A stretch of DNA of 64,000 nt from Eledone cirrhosa (taxonomy: Eukaryota). Positions 22,391-37,279 of the stretch are shown here, one piece after another. Below the pieces are notes generated by a model. That model was given only the letters and a program-made list of their open reading frames with translations, did not search any database and was not told the DNA's origin. The stretch spans positions 64,232,001-64,296,000 of the forward strand of contig OZ024745.1 in assembly GCA_964016885.1 (NCBI GenBank). Direction: 5' to 3'. Every line of letters starts with the position of its first letter. Position 1 is the first letter of the stretch. Made by a program: the position numbers and the translations under genes.

Positions 22391-25170
22391 TTACAAATTA
22401 TCTCCCCGTTTTTTTACAAATTATCTCTTCCTGTTTTTTTTACAAAATATCTCCCCCTGTTTTTTTTTACAAATTATCTCCCCCTGATTTCTTTTATAAA
22501 TTATCTCCCCCTGATTTTTTTTTTAAATTATCTTCCCCTGATTTTTTTACAAATTATCTCCTCCGGATTTTTTTCATGAATCATCTCCCCGTTTTTTTTA
22601 CAAATTATCTCCTGATGTTTTTTACAAATTATCTCCCCCTGTTTGTTTTACAAATTATCTCCCTATTTTTTTTTACAAAATATCTCCCTGTTATTTTACA
22701 AATCATCTCCCCGTCTTTTTTTTACAAATTATCTACCCCTGATTTTTTTTTAAAATTATCTCCCCTGATTTTTTTTACAAATTATCTCGCCCTGATTTTT
22801 TCTTAAGAATTATCTCCCACTATTTTTTTTACAAATTATCTCTTTTTTTTTTACAAATTATCTCCCCTTAATTTCTTTTACAAATTATCTCCCCCAGATT
22901 TTTTTTTACAAATTATCTACCCGTTTTTTTTAGAATTATCTCCCCCTGATTTTTTTTACAAATTATCTCCGTTTTTTTTACAAATTATCTCGTCGTGATT
23001 TTTTTTACAAATTATCTCGCCGTGATTTTTTATACAAATTATCTACCCGTTTTTTTTACAAATTATCTCACCCTTACATTTTTTAAAAATTATCTCCCCC
23101 TTTATTTTTACACATTATCTCCTGTTTTTTTTTACAAATTATCTCCCCTGTTTTTTTTTACAAATTATCTCCCCTGATTTCTTTTACAAATTATGTCCCC
23201 CTGATTTTTTTTTACTAATTATCTCCCCCTGTTTTATTTACAAATTATGTCCCCCTTTTTTTTACAAATTATCTCCCCTTTTTTTAAAAATTATCTCCCC
23301 CTGATTTTTTACAAATTATCTCCCCCTGATTTTTTTTATAAATTATCTCCCCTGTTTTTTTTTTACAAATTATCTCCCCTGATTTCATTTACAAATTATC
23401 TCTCCCTGATTTCCTTTACAAATTATGTCTTCCTGATTTTTTTTTTACAAATTATCTCCCCTGATTTCATTTACAAATTATCTCTCCCTGATTTTTTTAC
23501 AAATTATGTCCCCGTTTTTTTTACAAATTCTCCATTTTTTCTACAAATTATCTCCCCGTTTTTTTACAAATTATCTCTTCCTGTTTTTTTAACAAATTAT
23601 CCCCCCCTGTTTTTTTTTACAAATTATCTCCCCCTTATTTTTTTACAAATTATCTCCCCGATTTTTTTTACAAATTATCTCCCCCTTATTTTTTTTGTAA
23701 AAATTACCTACCCCTGATTTTTTTTACAAATTATCTCCCCGTTTTTTTTTACAAATTATGTCCCACTGATTTTTTTTTACAAACTATCTCCCCCTGTTTT
23801 TTACAAATTATCTCCCCCTGATTTTTTATACAAATTATCTCACCGTGATTTTTTTTACAAATTATCTCCACATTTTTTTTTACAAATTATCTCTTCCTGT
23901 TCTTTTAACAAATTATCTCCCCCTTATTCTTTTTACAAATTATCTTCCCCTGATTTTTTTACAAATTATCTCCCCCTGTTTTTTTACAAATTATCTCCCC
24001 CTGATTTTTTTTACAAATTATCTCCCCCGTTTTTTTTACAAATTATCTGTTTTCTTTACAAATTATCTCCGCGTTTTTTTTACAAATTATCTCCTCCTGT
24101 TTTTTTACAAATTATGGCCCCGTTTTTTTTACAAATTATCTTACCATGATTTTTTTTACAAATTATCTACCCGTTTTTTTTACAAATTATCTCTTCCTGT
24201 TTCTTTAACAAGTTATCTCCCTATTTACAAATTATCTCCCCTGATTTCATTTACAAATTATCTCTCCCTGATTTCTTTTACAAATTACGTCCCCCTGATT
24301 TTTTTTTACAAACTATCTCCCCGTTTTTTTTACAAATTCTCTTCGTTTTTTTTTACAAATTATCTCCATTTGTTTTACAAATTATTTCCCCTTTATTTTA
24401 CAAATTATCTCCCCCTGATTTTTTTTACAAATTGTCTCTGATTCTTTTTACAAATTATCTCCCCCTGATTTTTTTTACAAATTATCTCCCCGTTTTTTTA
24501 CAAATTATCTCTTCCTGTTTTTTTTACAAAATATCTCCCCCTGTTTTTTTTTACAAATTATCTCCCCCTGATTTCTTTTATAAATTATCTCCCCCTGATT
24601 TTTTTTTTAAATTATCCTCCCCTGATTTTTTTACAAATTATCTCCTCCGGATTTTTTTCATGAATCAACTCCCCGTTTTTTTTACAAATTATCTCCTGAT
24701 GTTTTTTACAAATTATCTCCCCCTGTTTGTTTTACAAATTATCTCCCTATTTTTTTTTACAAAATATCTCCCTGTTATTTTACAAATCATCTCCCCGTCT
24801 TTTTTTTACAAATTATCTACCCCTGATTTTTTTTTAAAATTATCTCCCCTGATTTTTTTTACAAATTATCTCGCCCTCATTTTTTCTTACGAATTATCTC
24901 CCACTATTTTTTTTACAAATTATCTCTTTTTTTTTTACAAATTATCTCCCCTTAATTTCTTTTACAAATTATCTCCCCCAGATTTTTTTTTACAAATTAT
25001 CTACCCGTTTTTTTTAGAATTATCTCCCCCTGATTTTTTTTACAAATTATCTCCGTTTTTTTTACAAATTATCTCGCCGTGATTTTTTTTACAAATTATC
25101 TCGCCGTGATTTTTTATACAAATTATCTACCCGTTTTTTTTACAAATTATCTCACCCTTACATTTTTTAA
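22130..25170 (+). repeat. ~2.08-kb offset duplication within the satellite
   Basis: Near-identical ORF translations at 22348/24432 and 22995/25079 (offset 2,084). Boundaries approximate. Confidence 0.8.
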
Positions 25171-28100
25171 AAATTATCTCCCCCTGATTTGTTTTACAAA
25201 TTATCTCCCCCTGATTTTTTACAAATTACCTCCCCCTCATTTTTTTTACAAATTATCTCCCCCTTTATTTTTACACATTATCTCCTGTTTTTTTTTACAA
25301 ATTATCTCCCCTGTTTTTTTTTACAAATTATCTCCCCTGATTTCTTTTACAAATTATGTCCCCCTGATTTTTTTTTACTAATTATCTCCCCCTGTTTTAT
25401 TTACAAATTATGTCCCCCTTTTTTTTACAAATTATCTCCCCTTTTTTTAAAAATTATCTCCCCCTGATTTTTTACAAATTATCTCCCCCTGATTTTTTTT
25501 ATAAATTATCTCCCCTGTTTTTTTTTTACAAATTATCTCCCCTGATTTCATTTACAAATTATCTCTCCCTGATTTCCTTTACAAATTATGTCTTCCTGAT
25601 TTTTTTTTACAAATTATCTCCCCTGATTTCATTTACAAATTATCTCTCCCTGATTTTTTTACAAATTATGTCCCCGTTTTTTTTACAAATTCTCCATTTT
25701 TTCTACAAATTATCTCCCCGTTTTTTTACAAATTATCTCTTCCTGTTTTTTTAACAAATTATCCCCCCCTGTTTTTTTTTACAAATTATCTCCCCCTTAT
25801 TTTTTTACAAATTATCTCCCCGATTTTTTTTACAAATTATGTCCCACTGATTTTTTTTTACAAACTATCTCCCCCTGTTTTTTACAAATTATCTCCCCCT
25901 GATTTTTTATACAAATTATCTCACCGTGATTTTTTTTACAAATTATCTCCACATTTTTTTTACAAATTATCTCTTCCTGTTCTTTTAACAAATTATCTCC
26001 CCCTTATTCTTTTTACAAATTATCTTCCCCTGATTTTTTTACAAATTATCTCCCCCTGTTTTTTTACAAATTATCTCCCCCTGATTTTTTTTACAAATTA
26101 TCTCCCCCGTTTTTTTTACAAATTATCTGTTTTCTTTACAAATTATCTCCGCGTTTTTTTTACAAATTATCTCCTCCTGTTTTTTTACAAATTATGGCCC
26201 CGTTTTTTTTACAAATTATCTTACCATGATTTTTTTTACAAATTATCTCCCCCTGTTTTATTTACAAATTATCTCTTCCTGTTTTTTTATGAATTATCTC
26301 CCCCGTTTTTTTTTTACAAATTATCTCCCCTGATTTAATTTACAAATCATCTCTCCCTGATTTCTTTTACAAATTACGTCCCCCTGATTTTTTTTTTTAC
26401 AAACTATCTCCCCGTTTTTTTTACAAATTCTCTTCGTTTTTTTTTACAAATTATCTCCCCGTTTTTTTACAAATTATTTCACTTTTTTTTTACAAATTAT
26501 CTCCCCCTGATTTTTTTTACAAATTATCTCCCCGTTTTTTTTACAAATTATCTCCCCCTGATTTTTTTACAAATTATCTCCCCGATTTTTTTTACAAATT
26601 ATCTCCTGATTTTTTTCACAAATTATCTCCGCCTGATTTTTTTACAAATTATCTCCCCCGTTTTTTTTACAAATTATCTCCCTTTTTTTTACAAATTACC
26701 TCCCCCTTTTTTTACAAATTATCTCCACGTTTTTTTACAAATTATCTCCCCCTGTTTTTTTTACATATCTCCCTATTTTTTATTACAAATTATCTCCCCG
26801 TTTTTTTACAAATTATCTCTCCCTGATTTTTATTACAAATTATCTCCCCCTGATTGTTTTTACAAATGATCTCCCCCTCATTTCTTTTACAAATTATCTC
26901 ACCTTGATTTCTTTTACAAATTATCTCCCCCTGATTTTTTTTACAAATTATCTCCCCCTGATTTTTTTTTACAAATTTTCTTACCATGATTTTTTTTACA
27001 AATTATCTCCCCCTGTTTTATTTACAAATTATCTCTTCCTGTTTTTTTTATGAATTATCTCCCCCGTTTTTTTTTTACAAATTATCTCCCCTGATTTAAT
27101 TTACAAATTATCTCTCCCTGATTTCTTTTACAAATTACGTCCCCCTGATTTTTTTTTTACAAACTATCTCCCCGTTTTTTTTACAAATTCTCTTCGTTTT
27201 TTTTTACAAATTATCTCCCCGTTTTTTTACAAATTATTTCACTTTTTTTTTACAAATTATCTCCCCCTGATTTTTTTTACAAATTATCTCCCCCTGATTT
27301 TTTTACAAATTATCTCCCCGATTTTTTTTACAAATTATCTCCTGATTTTTTTCACAAATTATCTCCGCCTGATTTTTTTACAAATTATCTCCCCCGTTTT
27401 TTTTACAAATTATCTCCCTTTTTTTTACAAATTACCTCCCCCTTTTTTTACAAATTATCTCCACGTTTTTTTACAAATTATCTCCCCCTGTTTTTTTTAC
27501 ATATCTCCCTATTTTTTATTACAAATTATCTCCCCGTTTTTTTACAAATTATCTCTCCCTGATTTTTATTACAAATTATCTCCCCCTGATTGTTTTTACA
27601 AATGATCTCCCCCTCATTTCTTTTACAAATTATCTCACCTTGATTTCTTTTACAAATTATCTCCCCCTGATTTTTTTTACAAATTATCTCCCCCTGATTT
27701 TTTTTTACAAATTATCTCCCCGTTTTTTTTTAAATTATCTCCCTCTGATTTTTTTTACAAATTATCTCCACCGATTGTTTTTACCAATTATCTCCCCCTC
27801 ATTTTTTTTACAAATTATCTCCCCCTTATTTTTTTAATAAATTATCTCCCCCTGATTTTTTTTACAAATTATCTCCCCGGATTTTTTTATGAATTATCTC
27901 CCCGTTTTTTTTTAAAATTATCTCCCCTTGCTTGTTTTACAAGTTAACTCCTGATTTTTTTACAAATTATCTCCCCCGTTTTTTTTACAAATTATCTCCC
28001 CCTTTTTTTTTACAAATTACCTCCCCCTTTTTTTTACAAATTATCTCCACGTTTTTTTACAAATTATCTCCCCCTGTTTTTTTAACATATCTCCCTATTT

Positions 28101-31100
28101 TTTATTACAAATTATCTCCCCGTTTTTTTACAAATTATCTCCACCGATTGTTTTTACCAATTATCTCCCCCTCATTTTTTTTACAAATTATCTCCTCCGG
28201 ATTTTTTTTATGAATTATCTCCCCGTTATTTTACAATTTATCTCCCCGTCTTTTTACAAATTATCTCTCCCTGATTTTTTTTACAAATTATGTCCTGATT
28301 TTTTTACAAATTATCTCCCCCTGTTTTTTTTATAAATTATCTCCCCCTTATTTTTTTTACAAATTACCTCCCCCTGATTTTTTTTACAAATTATCTCCCC
28401 CTTTTTTTTACATATCTCCTGTTTTATTTACAAATTATCTCCACGTTTTTTTTACAAATTATCTCCCCCTGTTTTTTTTACAAATTATCTCCCCTTTTTT
28501 TACAAACTATCTCTCCCTGATTTTTATTACAAATTATCTCCCCCTGATTATTTTTACAAATTATCTACCCTTGATTTCTTTTACAAATTATCTCCCCCTG
28601 ATGTTTTTTTACAAATTATCTCCCCGTTTTTTTAAAAAATTATCTCCCCCTGCTTGTTTTACAAGTTAACTCCTGATTTTTTTACAAATTATCTCCCCCG
28701 TTTTTTTTACAAATTATCTCCCCCTTATTTTTTACAAATTACCTCCCCCTTTTTTTTACAAATTATCTCCACGTTTTTTACAAATTATCTCCCCGTGTTT
28801 TTTTTACATAACCCCCTATTTTTTATTACAAATTATCTCCCCGTTTTTTTACAAATTATCTCTCCCTAATTTTTATTACAAATTATCTCCCCCTGATTGT
28901 TTTTACAAATGATCTCCCCCTCATTTCTTTTACAAATTATCTCACCTTGATTTCTTTTACAAACTATCTCCCCGTTTTTTTTACAAATTCTCTTCGTTTT
29001 TTTTTACAAATTATCTCCCCGTTTTTTTACAAATTATTTCACTTTTTTTTTACAAATTATCTCCCCCTGATTTTTTACAAATTATGTCCCCCTGATTTTT
29101 TTTACAAATTATCTCCCCGTTTTTTTTACAAATTATCTCCCCCTGATTTTTTTACAAATTATCTCCCCGATTTTTTTTACAAATTATCTCCTGATTTTTT
29201 TCACAAATTATCTCCGCCTGATTTTTTTACAAATTATCTCCCCCGTTTTTTTTACAAATTATCTCCCTTTTTTTTACAAATTACCTCCCCCTTTTTTTTA
29301 CAAATTATCTCCACGTTTTTTTACAAATTATCTCCCCCTGTTTTTTTTACATATCTCCCTATTTTTTATTACAAATTATCTCCCCGTTTTTTTACAAATT
29401 ATCTCTCCCTGATTTTTATTACAAATTATCTCCCCCTGATTGTTTTTACAAATGATCTCCCCCTCATTTCTTTTACAAATTATCTCACCTTGATTTCTTT
29501 TACAAATTATCTCCCCCTGATTTTTTTTTTACAAATTATCTCCTCGTTTTTTAAAAAAATTATCTCCCCCTGATTTTTTTTACAAATTATCTCCACCGAT
29601 TGTTTTTACCAATTATCTCCACCTCATTTTTTTTACAAATTATCTCCCCCTTATTTATTTTACAAATTATCTCCCCCTGATTTTTTTTATCAATTATCTC
29701 CCCGTTTTTTAAACACATTTTCTTCCCGTCTTTTTACAAATTATCTCCCCGTTTGTTTTACAAATTAACTCCTCCTGATTTTTTTACAAATTATCTCCCC
29801 CGGATTTTTCTTATGAATTATCTCCCCGTTATTTTACAATTTATCTCCGCGTCTTTTTACAAATTATCTCCCCCTGATTTTTTTTACAAATTATCTCCTA
29901 ATTTTTTTACAAATTATCTCCCCCTGTTTTTTTTATAAATTATCTCCCCCTTATTTTTTTTACAAATTACCTCCCCCTGATTTTTTTTACAAATTATCTC
30001 CCCCTTTTTTTTACATATCTCCTGTTTTTTTTACAAATTATGTCCACGTTTTTTTTACAAATTATCTCCCCCTTTTTTTTTTACAAATTATCTCCCCTTT
30101 TTTTACAAACTATCTCTCCCTGATTTTTATTACAAATTATCTCCCCCTGATTATTTTTACAAATTATCTCCCCCTTATTTCTTTTACAAATGATCTCCAC
30201 CTGATTTTTGTTACAAATTATCTCCCCTTGATTTCTTTTACAAATTATCTCCCCCTGATTTTTTTTTACAAATTATCTCCCCGTTTTTTTTTTAAATTAT
30301 CTCCCTCTGATTTTTTTTACAAATTATCTCCACCGATTGTTTTTACCAATTATCTCCACCTCATTTTTTTTACAAATTATCACCCCTTATTTATTTTACA
30401 AATTATCTCCCCCGGATTTTTTTTCTCAATTATCTCCCCGTTTTTTAAACAAATTATCTCCCCGTCTTTTTACAAATTATCTCCCCGTTTGTTTTACAAA
30501 TTAACTCCTCCTGATTTTTTTACAAATTATCTCCCCCGGATTTTTCTTATGAATTATCTCCCCGTTATTTTACAATTTATCTCCTCGTCTTTTTACAAAT
30601 TATCTCCCCCTGATTTTTTTTACAAATTATCTCCTGATTTTTTTACAAATTATCTCCCCCTGTTTTTTTTATAAATTATGTCCCCCTTATTTTTTTTACA
30701 AATTACCTCCCCCTGATTTTTTTTACAAATTATCTCCCCCTTTTTTTTACATATCTCATGTTTTTTTTACAAATTATCTCCACGTTTTTTTTACAAATTA
30801 TTTCCCCTTTTTTTACAAACTATCTCTCCCTGATTTTTATTACAAATTATCTCCCCCTGATTATTTTTACAAATTATCTCCCCCTTATTTCTTTTACAAA
30901 TGATCTCCACCTGATTTTTGTTACAAATTATCTCCCCTTGATTTCTTTTACAAATTATCTCCCCCTGATTTTTTTTTACAAATTATCTCCCCGTTTTTTT
31001 TAAAATTATCTCCCCTGATTTTTTTTACAAATTATCTCCACCGATTGTTTTTACCAATTATCTCCCCCTCATTTTTTTAATAAATTATCTCCCCCTTATT

Positions 31101-32449
31101 TTTTTAATAAATTATCTCCCCCTGATTTTTTTTACAAATTATCTCCCCCGGAATTTTTTACAAATTATCTCCCCGTTTTTTTTTAAATTATCTCTGATTT
31201 TTTTTACAAATTATCTCCACCGATTGTTTTTACCAATTATCTCCACCTCATTTTTTTTACAAATTATCACCCCTTATTTATTTTACAAATTATCTCCCCC
31301 GGATTTTTTTTATCAATTATCTCCCCGTTTTTTAAACAAATTATCTCCCCGTCTTTTTACAAATTATCTCCCCGTTTGTTTTACAAATTAACTCCTCCTG
31401 ATTTTTTTACAAATTATCTCCCCCGGATTTTTCTTATGAATTATCTCCCCGTTATTTTACAATTTATCTCCCCGTCTTTTTACAAATTATCTCCACCTGA
31501 TTTTTTTTACAAATTATCTCCTGATTTTTTTACAAATTATCTCCCCCTGTTTTTTTTATAAATTATCTCCCCCTTATTTTTTTTACAATTTACCTCCCCC
31601 TGATTTTTTTTACAAATTATCTCCCCCTTTTTTTTACATATCTCATGTTTTTTTTACAAATTATCTCCACGTTTTTTTTACAAATTATCTCCCCCTGTTT
31701 TTTTTACAAATTATCTCCCCTTTTTTTACAAACTATCTCTCCCTGATTTTTATTACAAATTATCTCCCCCTGATTATTTTTACAAATTATCTCCCCCTTA
31801 TTTTTTTAATAAATTATCTCCCCCTGATTTTTTTTACAAATTATCTCCCCCGGAATTTTTTATGAATTATCTCCCCGTTTTTTTTTTAAATTATCTCCCC
31901 CTGCTTGTTTTACAAGTTAATTCTGATTTTTTTACAAATTATCTCCCCGTTTTTTTTACAAATTATCTCCCCCTTTTTTTTTACAAATTACATCCCCTTT
32001 TTTTTACAAATTATCTCCACGTTTTTTTACAAATTATCTCCCCCTGTTTTTTTTACATATCTCCCTATTTTTTATTACAAATTATCTCCCCGTTTTTTTA
32101 CAAATTATCTCCACCGATTGTTTTTACCAATTATCTCCCCCTCATTTTTTTTACAAATTATCTCCCCCTTATTTATTTTATAAATTATCTCCCCCTGATT
32201 TTTTTTTTACAAATTATCTCCCCGTTTTTTAAAAAAATTATCTCCCCCTGATTTTTTTTACAAATTATCTCCACCGATTGTTTTTACCAATTATCTCCCC
32301 CTCATTTTTTTTACAAATTATCTCCCCCTTATTTATTTTACAAATTATCTCCCCCGGATTTTTCTTATGAATTATCTCCCCGTTATTTTACAATTTATCT
32401 CCGCGTCTTTTTACAAATTATCTCCCCCTGATTTTTTTTACAAATTATC

Positions 32450-34850
32450 TCCTGATTTTTTTACAAATTATCTCCCCCTGTTTTTTTTATAAATTATCTC
32501 CCCCTTATTTTTTTTACAAATTACCTCCCCCTGATTTTTTTTACAAATTATCTCCCCCTTTTTTTTACATATCTCCTGTTTTTTTTACAAATTATGTCCA
32601 CGTTTTTTTTACAAATTATCTCCCCCTGTTTTTTTTACAAATTATCTCCCCTTTTTTTACAAACTATCTCTCCCTGATTTTTATTACAAATTATCTCCCC
32701 CTGATTATTTTTACAAATTATCTCCCCCTTATTTCTTTTACAAATGATCTCCACCTGATTTTTGCTACAAATTATCTCCCCTTGATTTCTTTTACAAATT
32801 ATCTCCCCCTGATTTTTTTTTACAAATTATCTCCCCGTTTTTTTTAAAATTATCTCCCTCTGATTTTTTTTACAAATTATCTCCACCGATTGTTTTTACC
32901 AATTATCTCACCCTCATTTTTTTTACAAATTATCTCCCCCTTATTTTTTTAATAAATTATCTCCCCCTGATTTTTTTTACAAATTATCTCCCCCGGAATT
33001 TTTTATGAATTATCTCCCCGTTTTTTTTTTAAATTATCTCCCCCTGCTTGTTTTACAAGTTAATTCTGATTTTTTTACAAATTATCTCCCCCGTTTTTTT
33101 ACAAATTATCTCCCCCTTTTTTTTACAAATTACATCCCCTTTTTTTTACAAATTATCTCCACGTTTTTTTACAAATTATCTCCACCGATTGTTTTTACCA
33201 ATTATCTCCCCCTCATTTTTTTTACAAATTATCTCCCCCTTATTTATTTTATAAATTATCTCCCCCTGATTTTTTTTTTACAAATTATCTCCCCGTTTTT
33301 TAAAAAAATTATCTCCCCCTGATTTTTTTTACAAATTATCTCCACCGATTGTTTTTACCAATTATCTCCCCCTCATTTTTTTTACAAATTATCTCCCCCT
33401 TATTTATTTTACAAATTATCTCCCCCGGATTTTTTTTATCAATTATCTCCCCGTTTTTTTAACAAATTATCTCCCCGTCTTTTTACAAATTATCTCCCCG
33501 TTTGTTTTATAAATTAACTCCTCCTGATTTTTTTACAAATTATCTCCCCCGGATTTTTTTTATGAATTATCTCCCCGTTATTTTACAATTTATCTCCCCG
33601 TCTTTTTACAAATTATCTCCCCCTGATTTTTTTTACAAATTATATCCTGATTTTTTTACAAATTATCTCCCCCTGTTTTTTTTATAAATTATCTCCCCCT
33701 TATTTTTTTTACAAATTACCTCCCCCTGATTTTTTTTACAAATTATCTCCCCCTTTTTTTTACATATCTCCTGTTTTTTTTACAAATTATGTCCACGTTT
33801 TTTTTACAAATTATCTCCCCCTGTTTTTTTTACAAATTATCTCCCCTTTTTTTACAAACTATCTCTCCCTGATTTTTATTACAAATTATCTCCCCCTGAT
33901 TATTTTTACAAATTATCTCCCCCTTATTTCTTTTACAAATGATCTCCACCTGATTTTTGCTACAAATTATCTCCCCTTGATTTCTTTTACAAATTATCTC
34001 CCCCTGATTTTTTTTTACAAATTATCTCCCCGTTTTTTTTAAAATTATCTCCCTCTGATTTTTTTTACAAATTATCTCCACCGATTGTTTTTACCAATTA
34101 TCTCACCCTCATTTTTTTTACAAATTATCTCCCCCTTATTTTTTTAATAAATTATCTCCCCCTGATTTTTTTTACAAATTATCTCCCCCGGAATTTTTTA
34201 TGAATTATCTCCCCGTTTTTTTTTAAAATTATCTCCCCCTGCTTGTTTTACAAGTTAATTCTGATTTTTTTACAAATTATCTCCCCCGTTTTTTTACAAA
34301 TTATCTCCCCCTTTTTTTTACAAATTACATCCCCTTTTTTTTACAAATTATCTCCACGTTTTTTTACAAATTATCTCCACCGATTGTTTTTACCAATTAT
34401 CTCCCCCTCATTTTTTTTACAAATTATCTCCCCCTTATTTATTTTATAAATTATCTCCCCCTGATTTTTTTTTTACAAATTATCTCCCCGTTTTTTAAAA
34501 AAATTATCTCCCCCTGATTTTTTTTACAAATTATCTCCACCGATTGTTTTTACCAATTATCTCCCCCTCATTTTTTTTACAAATTATCTCCCCCTTATTT
34601 ATTTTACAAATTATCTCCCCCGGATTTTTTTTATCAATTATCTCCCCGTTTTTTTAACAAATTATCTCCCCGTCTTTTTACAAATTATCTCCCCGTTTGT
34701 TTTATAAATTAACTCCTCCTGATTTTTTTACAAATTATCTCCCCCGGATTTTTTTTATGAATTATCTCCCCGTTATTTTACAATTTATCTCCCCGTCTTT
34801 TTACAAATTATCTCCCCCTGATTTTTTTTACAAATTATATCCTGATTTTT
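32450..34850 (+). repeat. 1,195-bp tandem duplication within the satellite
   Basis: Identical translations at 33048/34243 and 33502/34697, plus the shared private variant tttgctacaa (~32762/~33956). Confidence 0.85.
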
Positions 34851-37279
34851 TTACAAATTATCTCCCCCTGTTTTTTTTATAAATTATCTCTCCCTTATTT
34901 TTTTTACAAATTACCTCCCCCTGATTTTTTTTACAAATTATCTCCCCCTTTTTTTACATATCTCCTGTTTTTTTTACAAATTATGTCCACGTTTTTTTTA
35001 CAAATTATCTCCCCCTGTTTTTTTTACAAATTAGCTCCCCTTTTTTTACAAACTATCTCTCCCTGATTTTTATTACAAATTATCTCCCCCTGATTATTTT
35101 TACAAATTATCTCCCCTTATTTCTTTTACAAATGATCTCCACCTGATTTTTGTTACAAATTATCTCCCCTTGATTTCTTTTACAAATTATCTCCCCCTGC
35201 TTTTTTTTTACAAATTATCTCCCCGTTTTTTTTTAAAATTATCGCCCTCTGATTTTTTTTTACAAATTATCTCCACCGATTGTTTTTACCAATTATCTCC
35301 CCCTCATTTTTTTTACAAATTATCTCCCCCTTATTTTTTTAATAAATTATCTCCCCCTGAATTTTTTAACAAATTATCTCCCCAGGATTTTTTTTATGAA
35401 TTATCTCCCCGTTTTTTTAAAAATTATCTCCCCCTGCTTGTTTTACAAGTTAACTCCTGATTTTTTTACAAATTATCTCCCCCGGATTTTTTTTATGAAT
35501 TATCTACCCGTTATTTTACAATTTATCTCCCCGTCTTTTTACAAATTATCTCCCCCGGATTTTTGTTTACAAATTATCTCCCCCTGATTTTTTAAAAATA
35601 TTATCTCCCCTGATTTTTTTACGAATTATCTCCCCCTGTTTTTTTTACAAATTATCTCTTCCTATTTTTTACATATTATCTCCCCGTTTTTTTAAAAATT
35701 ATTTCCCCCTGATTTTTTTTACGAATTATCTTGCCGTGATTTTTTTTACAAATTATCTCGCCGTGATTTTTTTTACAAATTATCTCGCCGTGATTTTTTT
35801 TACAAATTATCTACCCGTTTTTTTTACAAATTATCTCTTCCTGTTTCTTTAACAAGTTATCTCCCTATTTACAAATTATCTCCCCCTTACATTTTTTAAA
35901 AATTTTCTCCCCCTGATTTTTTTTACAAATTATCTCCCCGTTTTTTTACAAATTATTTCCCTTTTTTACAAATTATCTCCCCCTGATTTTTTTTACAAAT
36001 TGTCTCTGATTCTTTTTACAAATTATCTCCCCCTGATTTTTTTTACAAATTATCTCCCCGTTTTTTTACAAATTATCTCTTCCTGTTTTTTTTACAAAAT
36101 ATCTCCCCCTGTTTTTTTTTACAAATTATCTCCCCCTGATTTCTTTTATAAATTATCTCCCCCTGATTTTTTTTTTAAATTATCTTCCCCTGATTTTTTT
36201 ACAAATTATCTCCCCCGGATTTTTTTCATGAATCATCTCCCCGTTTTTTTTACAAATTATCTCCTGATGTTTTTACAAATTATCTCCCCCTGTTTGTTTT
36301 ACAAATTATCTCCCTATTTTTTTTTACAAAATATCTCCCTGTTATTTTAGAAATCATCTCCCCGTCTTTTTTTTACAAATTATCTACCCCTGATTTTTTT
36401 TTTAAATTATCTCCCCTGATTTTTTTTACAAATTATCTCTTTTTTTTTTACAAATTATCTCCCCTTAATTTCTTTTACAAATTATCTCCCCCTGATTTTT
36501 TTTTACAAATTATCTCCCCGTTTTTTTTAAAATTATCTCCCCCTGAATTTTTTTACAAATTATCTCCGTTTTTTTTACAAATTATCTCCCGCGGTTTTTT
36601 TTACAAATTATTTCCCCCTTACTTTCTTTTCAAATTATCTGCCCCTGATTTTTTTTACAAATTATCAACCCGATTTTTTTTTACAAATTATCTCCCCATG
36701 ATTTTTATTTTACAAATTATCTCCCCGTTTTTTTAAAAATTATTTCCCCCGGATTTTTTTTACAAATTATCTCGCCCTGATTTTTTCTTACGAATTATCT
36801 CCCACTATTTTTTTTACAAATTATCTCTTTTTTTTTTACAAATTATCTCCCCTTAATTTCTTTTACAAATTATCTCCCCCTGATTTTTTTTTACAAATTA
36901 TCTCCCCGTTTTTTTTAGAATTATCTCCCCCTGATTTTTTTTACAAATTATCTCCGTTTTTTTTACAAATTATCTCGCCGTGATTTTTTTTACAAATTAT
37001 CTACCCGTTTTTTTTACAAATTATCTCACCCTTACATTTTTTAAAAATTATCTCCCCCTGATTTGTTTTACAAATTATCTCCCCCTGATTTTTTACAAAT
37101 TACCTCCCCCTCATTTTTTTTACAAATTATCTCCCCCTTTATTTTTACACATTATCTCCTGTTATTTTTTACAAATTATCTCCCCTGTTTTTTTTTACAA
37201 ATTATCTCCCCTGATTTCTTTTACAAATTATATCCCCCTGATTTTTTTTTACTAATTATCTCCCCCTGTTTTATTTACA